A stretch of DNA of 51,209 nucleotides, taken from positions 1-51,209 of IMG/VR virus record IMGVR_UViG_3300027743_000035; one strand, 5' to 3'. Source of the stretch: a virus. Taxonomy: Duplodnaviria; Caudoviricetes. The position numbers were made by a program, and so were the translations under genes. Within the stretch, counting starts at the first letter, position 1, and the number at the start of each line of letters is the position of its first letter. Below the pieces are notes generated by a model. It saw only the letters and a list, made by a program, of their open reading frames with translations, made no database searches and was not told where the DNA came from. Positions 8,600-19,025 of this stretch are shown one piece after another.

Positions 8600-11379
8600 T
8601 AGCCACCCCCTATTCGTTGGCGAGTAGAACGGGCCGCTGCATCTTGCGCCACAACTTGCCTAGTTTCTTGAATAGTAGCGGCTTTGTGGGCTTCTAATAC
8701 TGGCACCAATTCTGTCATTGTATCTTGAACCATGTTACCTTGAACAGTAATGTTAGTGTCGCCTTGGTAAATATTTCCAGCGCCACCATACATAGTATTA
8801 TCGTTACCGGCGACTGTGGTTTGACCGGGCCGCAGGACGCTATAGCCGCTCGTAGGAGCGCCGTATTCATCGCGTGGGCCGGAATATATGTCTTTGCCGC
8901 CCATCGTCTTGCTAGCGGCACTAGAGGCGCTTTTAGAGGCTCCCTTACCGCCACCGCCAAACATCTTAACGCCAATTGCTACGAGAAATGCCAGTGTAGC
9001 AGCGCCAGCCGCAATGTTTAATGGGAATGGCAAGCTGGCAATTGCTTTAGCAACAGCCGCCACACCATCTGCCGCCGCTCTAATGCCGCTATTAGCTACG
9101 CTACTGGCAGTTTGTGTTTTGTCAATTAGCATAGCTTTAATAGCCATAGCGAATTGAAATAATCTAAATGCTCGCTCGGCAGTCTCTAGGACTTTATAGC
9201 CAGCAGAACCTTCTTTAAAGAAAGTTTTAGCAGCGCCAAGCATATTAGCATAATTAGCTATTTGAGCTTGTGCCATTTCTTCTTGAATACGGCCTTTTTC
9301 AAATTCATATGCAGTTTGTGATTTTAAACCTTCATCATATTCTTTTTGTAAGTCAGCCAGCTTTGCTTTGCTTTCCTCTTGTGCCGCTGTAAACTCAAAG
9401 ATAGTATTAATTACATTAGAAAAGCCTTCGCCAACTGTGCCAAATAATTCACCAAAACTTTCTGTGGCTTCTCTTACCCCGTCAGCCACATCACGCGCCG
9501 CGTCAGCCGCCCTGTGAGCAGCTTCAACATCATCTTCGCGTTTGCCTTTAGCAGCCGCCGCCTCTAGAGCCGCAGCCGTTTCATCGCGCAAGGCTTCAGC
9601 TACGCCCACATAACCTTGACGTTCGGCTTCAAGGACTTTAATTGCAATTTCACGCAGCTTGATAGCTTTAGCTTTTTCTTCATTACTCATACCAACCAAA
9701 GTTGCTTCAAACTTTAATTGTTCATTTTCGTCACCAAGCGCCCGCTCCATTTCTTTGATCTTTTGAGCATTAGTTGCTTTAATCCAATCTTCAGTAGCTT
9801 TAGCCATTTGTTGAGTTAATGAAGCTGCCTTTTCCATAGCAGCGCCAGTGCCTAATGCAGCCGCAGCCGCGTTAAGCTCCGCAGCTTCCCGCTCTGTCGC
9901 CATCCGTTTTACTTCAAATATATTCTTACCAATTTCGGCAGTTGATGTTTGTAATGCTTTAAGGTAAGCTTCAGCACTTTTTAATGCTTTATCCCAAGCT
10001 TTTTCTTCTTCACTGGCTTTAGCTTTTCTAGCTGCATCGCCTTTACCAGCTTCATCCCTTATCCGATCTTCGCGGGCGCTACCCCTTGTGCTTACATATG
10101 CTCCTACTGCCTTTCTACCGCTTGCATCACCAGCAGTTTTCATTTTATCAAATTGAGCTTGTGCGCCAGCCGACATACCGGGAACTTCAAATTGAAAAGG
10201 TTTCCAGTCGCCGCCTTCAAAACCAGCAAATTTTCTAAAATTATTAATAACTTTAACCGATTTATCTATTGCATCATTTATAAACTTTAGAATTTCAATT
10301 ACAGCAAATTGAAAAGCAGCAGCAAGAGAAGCCGGAATATCACTAGCAGCAGATTTGATAACTCCAACCCCGTAGCCAAAAATGTAAATAACATCTTTAA
10401 TAAAATCATCTGCATCTTTAGCTAGATAATCAAGAGCGTTATTCCAAGCATTAGCCACATCATCTAAGTTAAAAGCTTCAGCAATAGCACCAGCAATACC
10501 GTGCATTACATCGCCCATTGTATAGCCTAAGTCAACGCCTTTTTCTTCAAGCCGCTCCATTTGTGTTTCGGTAAAGCCAAATTCTTTTTGCACATCGCCA
10601 AGCCCTAAAGAAGCTCCACGAGCCGCCAGACCTAGAGTAGCCATACCAGCACCAACAGCAGCCAGCGGGCCAGCTAATCTAGTTATCCAAGGCATTATAC
10701 TAGCGCCCATTTGCTTAAAGGCTGAAGCCGCGCTAATGCCTCTTGCACGAGCCGTTTGTAATACGTCGCCTATCTGTGGGCCTTGTTGCACCAATATCAT
10801 TAATGGGTTCATACCCATAGCCGCCGTAACGCCAATATCTGCAAACTGGCGTGACAGGTTAAGCATTTCGTGGGCTTGTAACTTAGCTGATCTAGCGCCC
10901 ATACCCATTGCAGCGTTAGCTACACCTTGCCGCCTAGCAAAGTCAGCCGACCGGGCATTTAGAATTACTTGCGCTCTAGCATAGTCAGCAGCCGACATTG
11001 CGCCAGCTTCAAACAATACGCGAGCTTCAACTAGCTCTTGATTTACTCTTTCAATTGCCATTTCTAGCGGGTCAAGTGAAGCTCTTAACCTACTAACCCG
11101 GCTTTCCATATCGTCACAAGCCGCAGCCGCGCCAGATGAAGCATTACGATTTTTATTTAATTGATCGTTGTATAAACCCATTGCCGATGTATTGGCATTT
11201 ATAGCAGCAATTGCAGCCCTAATACTAGCTTGCATTGCAGTAGTAGCTGAAGTTGTGCTTTGAGTTGATTTAGTGGTTCGTTCGGCGGTTCTACTTAAAT
11301 TTTCAAGTTTAGCCGCGCCATCGTCAGCACTAGAGGCGTCAACTTTAATGCCAAGTGTGGCAATATCGACTTCAGCCAT
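8599..11379 (-). CDS. Tail tape measure protein
   Basis: 926 aa, Ala-rich and helical; NLSRQFADIG...LVQQGPQI motif; follows the chaperone genes. Confidence 0.93.
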   Translation of the reverse strand: MAEVDIATLGIKVDASSADDGAAKLENLSRTAERTTKSTQSTTSATTAMQASIRAAIAAINANTSAMGLYNDQLNKNRNASSGAAAACDDMESRVSRLRASLDPLEMAIERVNQELVEARVLFEAGAMSAADYARAQVILNARSADFARRQGVANAAMGMGARSAKLQAHEMLNLSRQFADIGVTAAMGMNPLMILVQQGPQIGDVLQTARARGISAASAFKQMGASIMPWITRLAGPLAAVGAGMATLGLAARGASLGLGDVQKEFGFTETQMERLEEKGVDLGYTMGDVMHGIAGAIAEAFNLDDVANAWNNALDYLAKDADDFIKDVIYIFGYGVGVIKSAASDIPASLAAAFQFAVIEILKFINDAIDKSVKVINNFRKFAGFEGGDWKPFQFEVPGMSAGAQAQFDKMKTAGDASGRKAVGAYVSTRGSAREDRIRDEAGKGDAARKAKASEEEKAWDKALKSAEAYLKALQTSTAEIGKNIFEVKRMATEREAAELNAAAAALGTGAAMEKAASLTQQMAKATEDWIKATNAQKIKEMERALGDENEQLKFEATLVGMSNEEKAKAIKLREIAIKVLEAERQGYVGVAEALRDETAAALEAAAAKGKREDDVEAAHRAADAARDVADGVREATESFGELFGTVGEGFSNVINTIFEFTAAQEESKAKLADLQKEYDEGLKSQTAYEFEKGRIQEEMAQAQIANYANMLGAAKTFFKEGSAGYKVLETAERAFRLFQFAMAIKAMLIDKTQTASSVANSGIRAAADGVAAVAKAIASLPFPLNIAAGAATLAFLVAIGVKMFGGGGKGASKSASSAASKTMGGKDIYSGPRDEYGAPTSGYSVLRPGQTTVAGNDNTMYGGAGNIYQGDTNITVQGNMVQDTMTELVPVLEAHKAATIQETRQVVAQDAAARSTRQRIGGG

Positions 11380-11762
11380 TATTTGCGCCTTTTAGCTGCC
11401 GCGTCGGCTTCAACTGAAATATATACCCTGTCTAGTGTTAATAGAGTATCTAACTCCCAATCGTCAAGCTCAATACCGCGTAGTTTAGACCAGCAATATA
11501 TTTCCGTATATGTTAGTGGCGTAACTCCCCAACCATAATTGCGGCGTGTATTAGTTAAGTTAATAAACCACTCATACACATGGCTCATTAATTCTGGCAT
11601 TGGTGGCAACTCGTTTAGCCTCATTTGGGCTAAAACATCGCCTTGGTCAGCAGCACTAATTAAATTATCTAATTCGCTAGAGCCATCTTCTAGCCTAACG
11701 TCTAACTTAAAACGCGCTCTGGCGTAATCTTCTAAGTCACCCGTTAAGCCGGAATAAAATTT
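11379..11762 (-). CDS. Tail assembly chaperone, -1 frameshift extension (gpT-like)
   Basis: The -1 frame is open from the slippery heptamer AAATTTT (11762-11756) into the ORF ...PLTYTEIYCWSKLRGIELDDWELDTLLTLD. Confidence 0.8.
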   Translation of the reverse strand, partial: KFYSGLTGDLEDYARARFKLDVRLEDGSSELDNLISAADQGDVLAQMRLNELPPMPELMSHVYEWFINLTNTRRNYGWGVTPLTYTEIYCWSKLRGIELDDWELDTLLTLDRVYISVEADAAAKRRK

Positions 11763-12277
11763 TCTAAGTCACCAATGGCTTCATCAACCTGTTCGCGCAT
11801 CCAAAGTATGCGAGTATAAAGGTTTAAAGCATTTGGAATACTAAATGTAACGTGCTGGCTACCAAGCAAGATTGTGGGCTTAACTTCCACAACATCGCCA
11901 TTTTCATTATAAATCTCGGTTTCCCATCCCACAGTGCAAGCAACTAGCATTTCTAAAGCTTCCCGCTCAATTTCTTCAGCGGTGCGTGGGTCTAGCGGCT
12001 TACCCCGGCGAGCAGCTAGGGCTTCTGTCCTAACTCTTTTATTAATACGTTCCCTGACTAGCTCGCGGAATGTGGAGCTATGCTTACCCAATACAGTTAT
12101 AAATATGCCGATAGGGTCTTTAGTAACAGGGTGAACGATAGGCACTCTAGCGCCCTTGTCGCCAGCTACGGCTGTGTCAAGACTTTCAAGATCAATTTCA
12201 GGCTTGACTTCAGCCTTTACTTCAGGTTCAACTTTAGGCTTTGGTTCAGCAATTGTTTCATCTTTAGCATTTGTCAT
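11744..12277 (-). CDS. Tail assembly chaperone (gpG-like)
   Basis: Between the tail tube and tape measure genes; ends WMREQVDEAIGDLENFIPA. Start reassigned to ATG 12277 (AGGA RBS, after the terminator). Confidence 0.85.
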   Translation of the reverse strand: MTNAKDETIAEPKPKVEPEVKAEVKPEIDLESLDTAVAGDKGARVPIVHPVTKDPIGIFITVLGKHSSTFRELVRERINKRVRTEALAARRGKPLDPRTAEEIEREALEMLVACTVGWETEIYNENGDVVEVKPTILLGSQHVTFSIPNALNLYTRILWMREQVDEAIGDLENFIPA

Positions 12278-12292
12278 AAAAACCCGGTTCCT

Positions 12293-12325
12293 AAAAAATG
12301 GGGTAGCCACGAAAGCTACCCCATC
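12293..12325 (-). terminator. Rho-independent terminator after the tail tube gene
   Basis: ATGGGGTAGC-tttcgtg-GCTACCCCAT followed by a T-run on the minus strand. Confidence 0.8.
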
Positions 12326-12359
12326 ACCACTACGCTGTCAATGCGGCGAGTGGATTTTA

Positions 12360-13595
12360 CTATATAAATGCTGTATCTTGAATACTGATCGTAGCCGTTT
12401 CGTTAGCCGTGCCAGTGCCACCATTAACATTTTCAAGTGCTGCAAACGACATTGTTTGTGTAATGCCAGTTTGAATATCATCTTTATCAGCACTATTAAA
12501 TTTAACTCGCGGCATGATGAAAGCAATACAGCCAGAGCTAGCGGTATTGTCGCCAGTGAAAACACCAACTAAGTTACATTCGGTTTCATTAATAAACAGG
12601 TCGCGCATAGTTGCATCGCTAAATAGCGCGGTAACTTGTCCTGTTACATCAATAACGCCGGGGAAAATATCAGGGTCAATATTGGAACCAACAACGCCGC
12701 CCGGTGCAGCATTATTACCATTAATAGTAATGGTCATTCCAGTTACAATTGCTGCAACAACTCCGTTAACGATCAAAGCGCCGTTGACAGCCGCAGTAAT
12801 TGGGCCTATAGGTGCGTTTGCTGGCGTAGTGAAATACTCAGCAAGGCCGGGTATCATCCTAAGTCCAAGCGCCGGAAATTCAACAGTCGCTAGACCAGTA
12901 GCGGGAAGGCCAATTGTCGCGCCACTAAAAATAGTATCAACAAATACTTCACTAATTGCAACATCGCTAAACCAATGTTCAATTGTAAAGTAATCGCGGG
13001 TGTGACCTAATTGTGGAATTGAAATCTTTTTACCAGCCGTTGCAAAAGTTACAGAGCTACCCGAAGCTTGGGCGACAATATCAACTTTATTCAAAGCACG
13101 AACTGTCATTACAAGTGCTGTAACATTTGTAACTAAAAGGTTCTGTGTATTAGGGCCAGCGCCAACGCCAGTGCCTCTAATAACTTCACCAATTTTAAAA
13201 CCATTAGTCAACCAACTACCAGCCGCCCGCGTCAGTGTGCCAGCAAACGTGCCAACGCCAGAGCTAGCAATAGTTACGTCAGTTAATGCGGTGCTAGCTC
13301 CACCAGCCGCCGCCCGCGCTCGCAATACACCTTCAAATGGTAGTTGATAGCCGCCAACGGAAAGCTCGCCAGACAAAGAGCCAGTTACAGCATGGACACC
13401 ATGCCTAAAGTCTCGCCGCTGTTGAGAAGCCAAAATTTCCGCGCTAGTATAGTTGGCTTTTGTCAAAGTAATACTTGACGAAACGCGCCTCATATACTGC
13501 GCTGTGCCAGCCGCCCCCGGTGGAGCTACAACATTCAAAGCCGTTTGACGCTTGATTGCGACTTTCTTAAATACGCCAGTAGCAATAGCAACCAT
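12360..13595 (-). CDS. Major tail tube protein
   Basis: 411 aa; SAEILASQQRRDFRHG, FTIEHWFSD and IDVTGQVTALF; lies between the terminator and chaperone genes. Confidence 0.88.
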   Translation of the reverse strand: MVAIATGVFKKVAIKRQTALNVVAPPGAAGTAQYMRRVSSSITLTKANYTSAEILASQQRRDFRHGVHAVTGSLSGELSVGGYQLPFEGVLRARAAAGGASTALTDVTIASSGVGTFAGTLTRAAGSWLTNGFKIGEVIRGTGVGAGPNTQNLLVTNVTALVMTVRALNKVDIVAQASGSSVTFATAGKKISIPQLGHTRDYFTIEHWFSDVAISEVFVDTIFSGATIGLPATGLATVEFPALGLRMIPGLAEYFTTPANAPIGPITAAVNGALIVNGVVAAIVTGMTITINGNNAAPGGVVGSNIDPDIFPGVIDVTGQVTALFSDATMRDLFINETECNLVGVFTGDNTASSGCIAFIMPRVKFNSADKDDIQTGITQTMSFAALENVNGGTGTANETATISIQDTAFI

Positions 13596-13673
13596 TGTCT
13601 TAACCTTCCATTTAAGGCGGTTTGGCTTGATATACCAATATCAGCGCATTTAACGCCTGTCTATACTAAATCG

Positions 13674-14081
13674 TCAAGCTGTGTCAACATACGCAAAGAA
13701 GCGGCACCTAACTCTAATAATGTATCTATCATCTTCAACATTCCCGCCAGCTATTTCTGGCGTAGTTTCAATTATAATTTTAAGTCCATCAGCAAGTATA
13801 GTTGTGCCACGCCTAAAATGTTGTTTGACTGTTTCAGCTTTAGCTTGTGCGGCACCGCCACCTTCATTTATAGGATAAGCTAAAGTATTAGTAAATATTC
13901 CCCGTTGTAAATAAGGGTCGTTAGCATAACCTCTATTATCTGGCTCTGCAAACAAAAAGCTTGGCGCTTGAAAAGCTGCTTCAGTTGGCTTAAAATTAAC
14001 ATTCTCATAGGCAGTCGGAAAACCCGGCTCTAAAAGCTCTAAGAAATCTTCAATGGCTTCTTTAATTTCTTTATTGCTCAT
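13674..14081 (-). CDS. Tail terminator protein
   Basis: TAYENVNFKP...QRGIF...HFRRGT pattern; position upstream of the tube gene. Confidence 0.75.
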   Translation of the reverse strand: MSNKEIKEAIEDFLELLEPGFPTAYENVNFKPTEAAFQAPSFLFAEPDNRGYANDPYLQRGIFTNTLAYPINEGGGAAQAKAETVKQHFRRGTTILADGLKIIIETTPEIAGGNVEDDRYIIRVRCRFFAYVDTA

Positions 14082-14533
14082 TAAGGTAACTCTGTCGCCG
14101 CCTGTCTAACTATGCGATCAAATTCTAATATAGTTACTTGAACCATGCCTTGTGGCGCTTGACGCCAACTCCAACCATTTTCTAGCCGATTAGAATACGG
14201 AAGGCTATTTGTAATATAATGCACCATTCCAATAACTCGCTCCGGTATTGCTCCGGTTACTTTACTAATTGTCGGGCCACCTGTTTTATCTTTTTCTTGT
14301 GTAGTGGTTATATTAATATTATTACCACCATATTGCCAATTAGCTCTAAACCTTCCGCCCACATATCCCGGTGGCGCTGGCCGCTTCCAGAATTTAGGGT
14401 CGCCAACTGGCGATTTTAAAACAACAGATGTAGATAAATCAAATAAAATCTTCTTAACAACCAAGTTGGCTCTAACATCTGCTGATCTAGCAAACTTCCT
14501 GATTTGTTCAGCAAATGCTTCATATACGGCCAT
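14081..14533 (-). CDS. Neck / tail-completion protein (HK97 gp10-like)
   Basis: SPVG...GRFRANWQ...YITNSLPYSNRLENGWSWRQAPQGMV. Confidence 0.82.
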   Translation of the reverse strand: MAVYEAFAEQIRKFARSADVRANLVVKKILFDLSTSVVLKSPVGDPKFWKRPAPPGYVGGRFRANWQYGGNNINITTTQEKDKTGGPTISKVTGAIPERVIGMVHYITNSLPYSNRLENGWSWRQAPQGMVQVTILEFDRIVRQAATELP

Positions 14534-14913
14534 TAACCCGCTCTTATCTGTATCTCATATATTGCAATCAATTCGCCGCTATATGTGGGCAGCACATTAA
14601 TTACATTATGCCACTGACCATCAATACCTAATTTATCTCCGCTAGTCGGTTCAATCCCGGCTGCATCAAAATGTTGTTTAGCCATTGTTACTTTTAAGTC
14701 GCCAACTTCAATCAACCCGCCAGCGGCATAACCTTGGCCTTGTTTATAAAATTCAACCACGCCTTTAATTGTGGCTTCCTTTGGCGTTGGCGTAGCTGTG
14801 CTATTCGTTCGATCATAGGTGCCGGGGGTTAGCTGTTTATACTGAATATTCTTACCGTATTCAGTTATCAAATCAGCCGACAAGCCGGGAATAAAGGTAT
14901 CTAATTCCGTCAT
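14533..14913 (-). CDS. Head-closure / head-tail joining protein
   Basis: Position in the neck cluster; LIEVGDLKV...YEIQIR. Confidence 0.7.
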   Translation of the reverse strand: MTELDTFIPGLSADLITEYGKNIQYKQLTPGTYDRTNSTATPTPKEATIKGVVEFYKQGQGYAAGGLIEVGDLKVTMAKQHFDAAGIEPTSGDKLGIDGQWHNVINVLPTYSGELIAIYEIQIRAG

Positions 14914-15437
14914 GTTCTAACAACCCTAGCCATCATGCCAGTTGTCGCCGGGTCTAAAAACATACTTAATCGAGCAGCCGCAGCCGGGAAGCGAGCGCCA
15001 CTAGTTGAGCTTCCAGTTGAACCAGTCCCGCCACCAATATAATATTCAACTTCAATAGGGCCAACCACAACCTTTTGTTTGGGAAAGCCGCCACTAGAGT
15101 TTGGCATTAATGGGGTTGTATGATTAATTAAAGCAAACTCAATTTGAGCTTCTTTAATTTGAATAGGAACGCCTAAACTAAATAAATAGCCTAGGTCGTA
15201 TAGCGTTGTCCTAGGCCAAGCCAAAGCTTGACCGGGAACAGCCCTAATGCCAACAAATGAGGGGCCGAAGATATATGTAATATAATCTGCCGATGTTCTT
15301 AATAGTTGTTCTTTTCGCTCTTGACTAATTGTTGCCCACACATCGTTGCCACGCGCCAAGTGATAGGCGTTGGCTTCATCAACGCTAGCATAGCTTTCGG
15401 CAGTTGGCAAGCCAGTGCCATCTTCAACAATTAGCAT
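14910..15437 (-). CDS. Head-tail adaptor (DnaT-like phage family)
   Basis: MLIVEDGTGLPTAESYASVDEANAYH...QALAWPR...VGPIEVEY. Confidence 0.82.
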   Translation of the reverse strand: MLIVEDGTGLPTAESYASVDEANAYHLARGNDVWATISQERKEQLLRTSADYITYIFGPSFVGIRAVPGQALAWPRTTLYDLGYLFSLGVPIQIKEAQIEFALINHTTPLMPNSSGGFPKQKVVVGPIEVEYYIGGGTGSTGSSTSGARFPAAAARLSMFLDPATTGMMARVVRT

Positions 15438-15450
15438 AGCTAATTACCTT

Positions 15451-15483
15451 AAAAAAGGCGGGCCACGTTAGCAGCCCGCCTTT
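15451..15483 (-). terminator. Rho-independent terminator after the capsid block
   Basis: AGGCGGGC-loop-GCCCGCCT followed by a T-run on the minus strand. Confidence 0.75.
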
Positions 15484-15510
15484 CGCTTTAAAGACAACAA
15501 ACGGCGGGAG

Positions 15511-16104
15511 CTATTTGTTATCTTTATCGTCAGGTGCTTTAGCCGGTGCCGGAGCGCGAGCCGGTGCTGGCTTTTTACCTAAATCAGCAGAGCTAGGGGA
15601 GCCTTTGGTTCCCCAACCACCCGGCTTACCAAGTTGGTCAGCCAAAGCTTGACCGCTAAGGTTATTGCCTTCTTCAAGTGGTTCAGGTTGCGGCAAGCCA
15701 TCTTCAGTGACCGGGGGAATATCGCCCCATGCCGCGTCAGTTTCGCTACCGCCAGCGCCGCCATCCGTGCTAACTGCCAATATAGCAGCCGGAACAACCG
15801 CAGTATTAACTACGCCAATTCCTGCCATTGTATCGCCAGAGCCATCAGGAGCTTCAGACAGTGATCGGCCAAGCTCGCCAACTTCATCTTCGATCATTTG
15901 AACGCCAGCCTTAAGCCGCTCAACAACTTCAGGGTCAGGATGATAGGTTTCAATTAGATTAAAACCTTCCTTAAATTCCCTAAAACTATTCAAGACAGTG
16001 CCAACGCTAGGCATACCATTCAGGGGGTTCATTACCGGGTTTTCACCCCTATTGTTGGCAATTCTTTGCGCCCTGTCGTCATGCCTTTTTGCTAGGCTTT
16101 CCAT
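15511..16104 (-). CDS. Hypothetical protein downstream of the capsid gene, with a low-complexity acidic/Pro-rich C-terminus
   Basis: 197-aa ORF with a strong GGAAAGG RBS. Confidence 0.75.
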   Translation of the reverse strand: MESLAKRHDDRAQRIANNRGENPVMNPLNGMPSVGTVLNSFREFKEGFNLIETYHPDPEVVERLKAGVQMIEDEVGELGRSLSEAPDGSGDTMAGIGVVNTAVVPAAILAVSTDGGAGGSETDAAWGDIPPVTEDGLPQPEPLEEGNNLSGQALADQLGKPGGWGTKGSPSSADLGKKPAPARAPAPAKAPDDKDNK

Positions 16105-16131
16105 TACAATTTCCTTTCCACTTTAAATAAG

Positions 16132-17163
16132 TTATTCAGCGCGAGCAATGACGAACGCCAAGCCAGCTTGCCGCCTGTCAACAACTCTATTCCAGTGAGC
16201 CGCCAGCCGCAAGTCAGCAAGCGTTGGCGATTGTTCAACTAGAGTGCCTTCAACCCATTCAAAGCCTTGGGGATGAATAATCCAAGTCTTTCTTTCAACA
16301 ATGGCTTCCATGCCGCCACCGTGACCAGCCAAAGGTGTTCTAACAACTTCAGCCGCAACCTTTGGCGCACCTTCGCCAAGTGCAAAGGCAGAGCCTTCAA
16401 CTTGTCCAAAGCCAAACGAGCCAGAAGAAAACAGGACTGACGTATAAACGCGAGCAGGGCCAGTGCCAGTAACAGGCAGAGTATCGTCAACAATAACGGC
16501 TCTACCTTTATAGGTTTTCATCGTCAAGTTGCCTTCACTGTCACGCACATCAACCAACTCGTCATTTTTCAACATACGAGCTTCAATGTTGCTGTGAACA
16601 GCAATACCCTTAAACATATCAGCTTGTTCGCCAGCCGTATATGCTGCATCAATAAACGCATTTGCGCCAAAGACACCAGCCGCGCCAACGCCAGCAGAAA
16701 TGTCAACAACCATATCGCCGCCATTTGTTGCAATATTGTCAGCTAGAACGCCAACGCAAGTTGCAATAAGACGCCGGTTCATCTGACGAACCCAATATTC
16801 GCCAAAACGGTTACGGATATGTTGAAGTGGACTAGAGCCAGCCAATTCTGAAACCAAATCCATTTCACCGAAAACTTGGTTAAGCCAAGTTTTACGAGCA
16901 GTCATGGTGCCATATGGAATTTTATTCGGAACGGCCAGATCAGCGGGGTCGTCATTGCTATAGTTAGGCTCTAGTGTCGGGTCAATATCTTTCCAAAATG
17001 GAACGATAGCCAGTTTACCACCAGCCCTAGCAATAGCGGTTAGAGTTGCATTTGTCGTCATAATGCCCGCACGAATAAACGCACTACTCATGGGGTCATT
17101 AATGGCGGTGTATGAGCCGTAAACAGTCGGCACAAAAACGTCAGATAGCCTTTGATATGCCAT
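16132..17163 (-). CDS. Major capsid protein
   Basis: 343 aa after the scaffold gene; RLSDVFVP, VPFWKDID, NYSNDDP, IAVHS and LAAHWNRV. Confidence 0.92.
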   Translation of the reverse strand: MAYQRLSDVFVPTVYGSYTAINDPMSSAFIRAGIMTTNATLTAIARAGGKLAIVPFWKDIDPTLEPNYSNDDPADLAVPNKIPYGTMTARKTWLNQVFGEMDLVSELAGSSPLQHIRNRFGEYWVRQMNRRLIATCVGVLADNIATNGGDMVVDISAGVGAAGVFGANAFIDAAYTAGEQADMFKGIAVHSNIEARMLKNDELVDVRDSEGNLTMKTYKGRAVIVDDTLPVTGTGPARVYTSVLFSSGSFGFGQVEGSAFALGEGAPKVAAEVVRTPLAGHGGGMEAIVERKTWIIHPQGFEWVEGTLVEQSPTLADLRLAAHWNRVVDRRQAGLAFVIARAE

Positions 17164-17187
17164 GCTCTTTCCTTTCAGCGCCAGCTA

Positions 17188-17913
17188 TTATTGTATAATA
17201 GCCGGGTTATCGCTTGAAATTCCAGCGGCAAGCTGAACTTGCTTCCATTCTTCAGGCCGGTTTTTCGCCATATCGGTGCGCTCGGCTTCAGTTAGATCAG
17301 CAAGGGCTTTACCGCCCGGTGAACCGCCGCCATTAGCGCCGTTAGCTCCACCCCCGCCATTAGCCGGGGCCGTAACATAATGCTTGCCAGCATCGCCAGC
17401 AGCCCATTCTTTGACAAACTCGGCAACGCTCTTGCCATCGGCAACAACCTTGCGTTCGTCACCTTCCACTTCTACAGCAACCTTTTCTTTCAAAAGGGCT
17501 TTCGCCGCGTCCATGAAATGCGGTGCAACCTTAGCCTCAATCAAAGCTCCGTTCAAGCTATTTTCAATGAGTTGGTTGCGAGAAAAACTACGTTCGCTAT
17601 CACGTTCCGTAACAGCGTTATCGCGTTCGCCAGTTACTTTCTTTAAATCTCTATCAGCGGTGCGGAATTTAGATTGAGCTTCAGTTAGATCATGGCGAGT
17701 TTCCTCAAGCTCACGCTCTAACCGTTCAATTTCATCTTTATTATCGCCGCCAGCATCAGTGCGAGCTTTACGGAGTTTGCCAAGTATTTCCGTATTTTTA
17801 TCAGTAAGCCGCTTTACCTCATTACCATGTTCTTCAGCTTGTTCTTCAAGTGCGGCAGCAATTAGTCCGTCAACTATTTCTTTATCTTTAGGGTCGTTAG
17901 GGTCGTAAGCCAT
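17188..17913 (-). CDS. Capsid scaffolding protein
   Basis: Acidic coiled coil followed by the APANGGGGA motif; directly upstream of the capsid gene. Confidence 0.8.
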   Translation of the reverse strand: MAYDPNDPKDKEIVDGLIAAALEEQAEEHGNEVKRLTDKNTEILGKLRKARTDAGGDNKDEIERLERELEETRHDLTEAQSKFRTADRDLKKVTGERDNAVTERDSERSFSRNQLIENSLNGALIEAKVAPHFMDAAKALLKEKVAVEVEGDERKVVADGKSVAEFVKEWAAGDAGKHYVTAPANGGGGANGANGGGSPGGKALADLTEAERTDMAKNRPEEWKQVQLAAGISSDNPAIIQ

Positions 17914-17981
17914 TTGTAATCCTTATACCCGGTTCTTATCAAAACTGGAAAACGAACGCTAATACTATTTGTTGCGGCTGT

Positions 17982-19025
17982 CTAGCGCCTTTTTGCCTTC
18001 AACTCCGATAGCGTTAATGGGCGTCCATTCCCGTCAACCAAATCTTTTAAAGTAATTTTACCGGCTCGCCACAGATCAGCGCGACCTTTACCTAACATTT
18101 CATCCTGATATGATTGGGGTTTTCTTTTAAGAAAGCCATCAAAGGTTAAGTCGGCTGAAACTGGCCCTTCATCGCTAGCACGAGTTGTCATTTTAAATTC
18201 AGGTATATTCAGGCCCATTTCCTTAAATGTTTTAGTAATAGGCACTTCAACAGACCGGCAATTAAAGTGACGCGGCACTCCATTATTATAAGGCTTTTTC
18301 TTCTTGCCTATTGGTTTAAAATCCATATCCCATTGACACTCTGAATAAGCAATACAAACTAAACTTGTATGACTATCTAGAGTTGACACTTGCTGAATAC
18401 CTGTTATAACATCTGTATTAGCTTTAAAGGTTTCTCGCCTTGCGTCATTAGCAACATTTTGAACTGACGTTTGAACCAATGTGGCAGCGTTCTTACGAGC
18501 GCCATCCATTATACCTATTTCGCCGCCTTTGCCCACAATTCTATTAATAATCTGTTGGTTTGTTTCGCCAGACTGTAAACCCATCCTGACTTGCTGGCTG
18601 AATTTAAATTGTAAATCCTCACTTTGCCCGCGCCACCAATCGGCAGTAGGAGCGCCAAACAGCATAACGTCAGAATTAAGAGATTTAAAATAATGATCTG
18701 TGGGCAGATATAATGCGTCAATTCCTAACGCTACGCCAATACCATACCGCATATCATTGGCAACATACTTGGCTAGTTGCTCATACTCAAATGATTTAAA
18801 TATCTCTCTATACTTGCGGTCAATCACCTTGCCGGTTTGTTGCAAGAAAGTTTCAACCCTGCGCCGCTGGCGTTCTGTCACAGCTTCAGCCGCTAACAGG
18901 CTAACCAATTCCTTTTCTAATTCAACTAGAAACTCATAGGTTTGGTGGCGTTGACCAGCCGCGTAGCGAAACACTAGTAAGGCGTTCTCTAATACTTCAT
19001 CAAATATATCTACATATACTGGCAT
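17982..19025 (-). CDS. Minor head / head morphogenesis protein (SPP1 gp7, Mu F family)
   Basis: STLDSHTSLVC...PRHFNCRS...QDEMLGKGRADLWRAG. Confidence 0.88.
   Translation of the reverse strand: MPVYVDIFDEVLENALLVFRYAAGQRHQTYEFLVELEKELVSLLAAEAVTERQRRRVETFLQQTGKVIDRKYREIFKSFEYEQLAKYVANDMRYGIGVALGIDALYLPTDHYFKSLNSDVMLFGAPTADWWRGQSEDLQFKFSQQVRMGLQSGETNQQIINRIVGKGGEIGIMDGARKNAATLVQTSVQNVANDARRETFKANTDVITGIQQVSTLDSHTSLVCIAYSECQWDMDFKPIGKKKKPYNNGVPRHFNCRSVEVPITKTFKEMGLNIPEFKMTTRASDEGPVSADLTFDGFLKRKPQSYQDEMLGKGRADLWRAGKITLKDLVDGNGRPLTLSELKAKRR

Noticed and set aside
12314-12342. TTGACA-17-TAGCTT promoter-like sequence before the chaperone gene
   Set aside because: The -10 falls inside the terminator stem; the hairpin explains the region better, though a weak promoter cannot be excluded.
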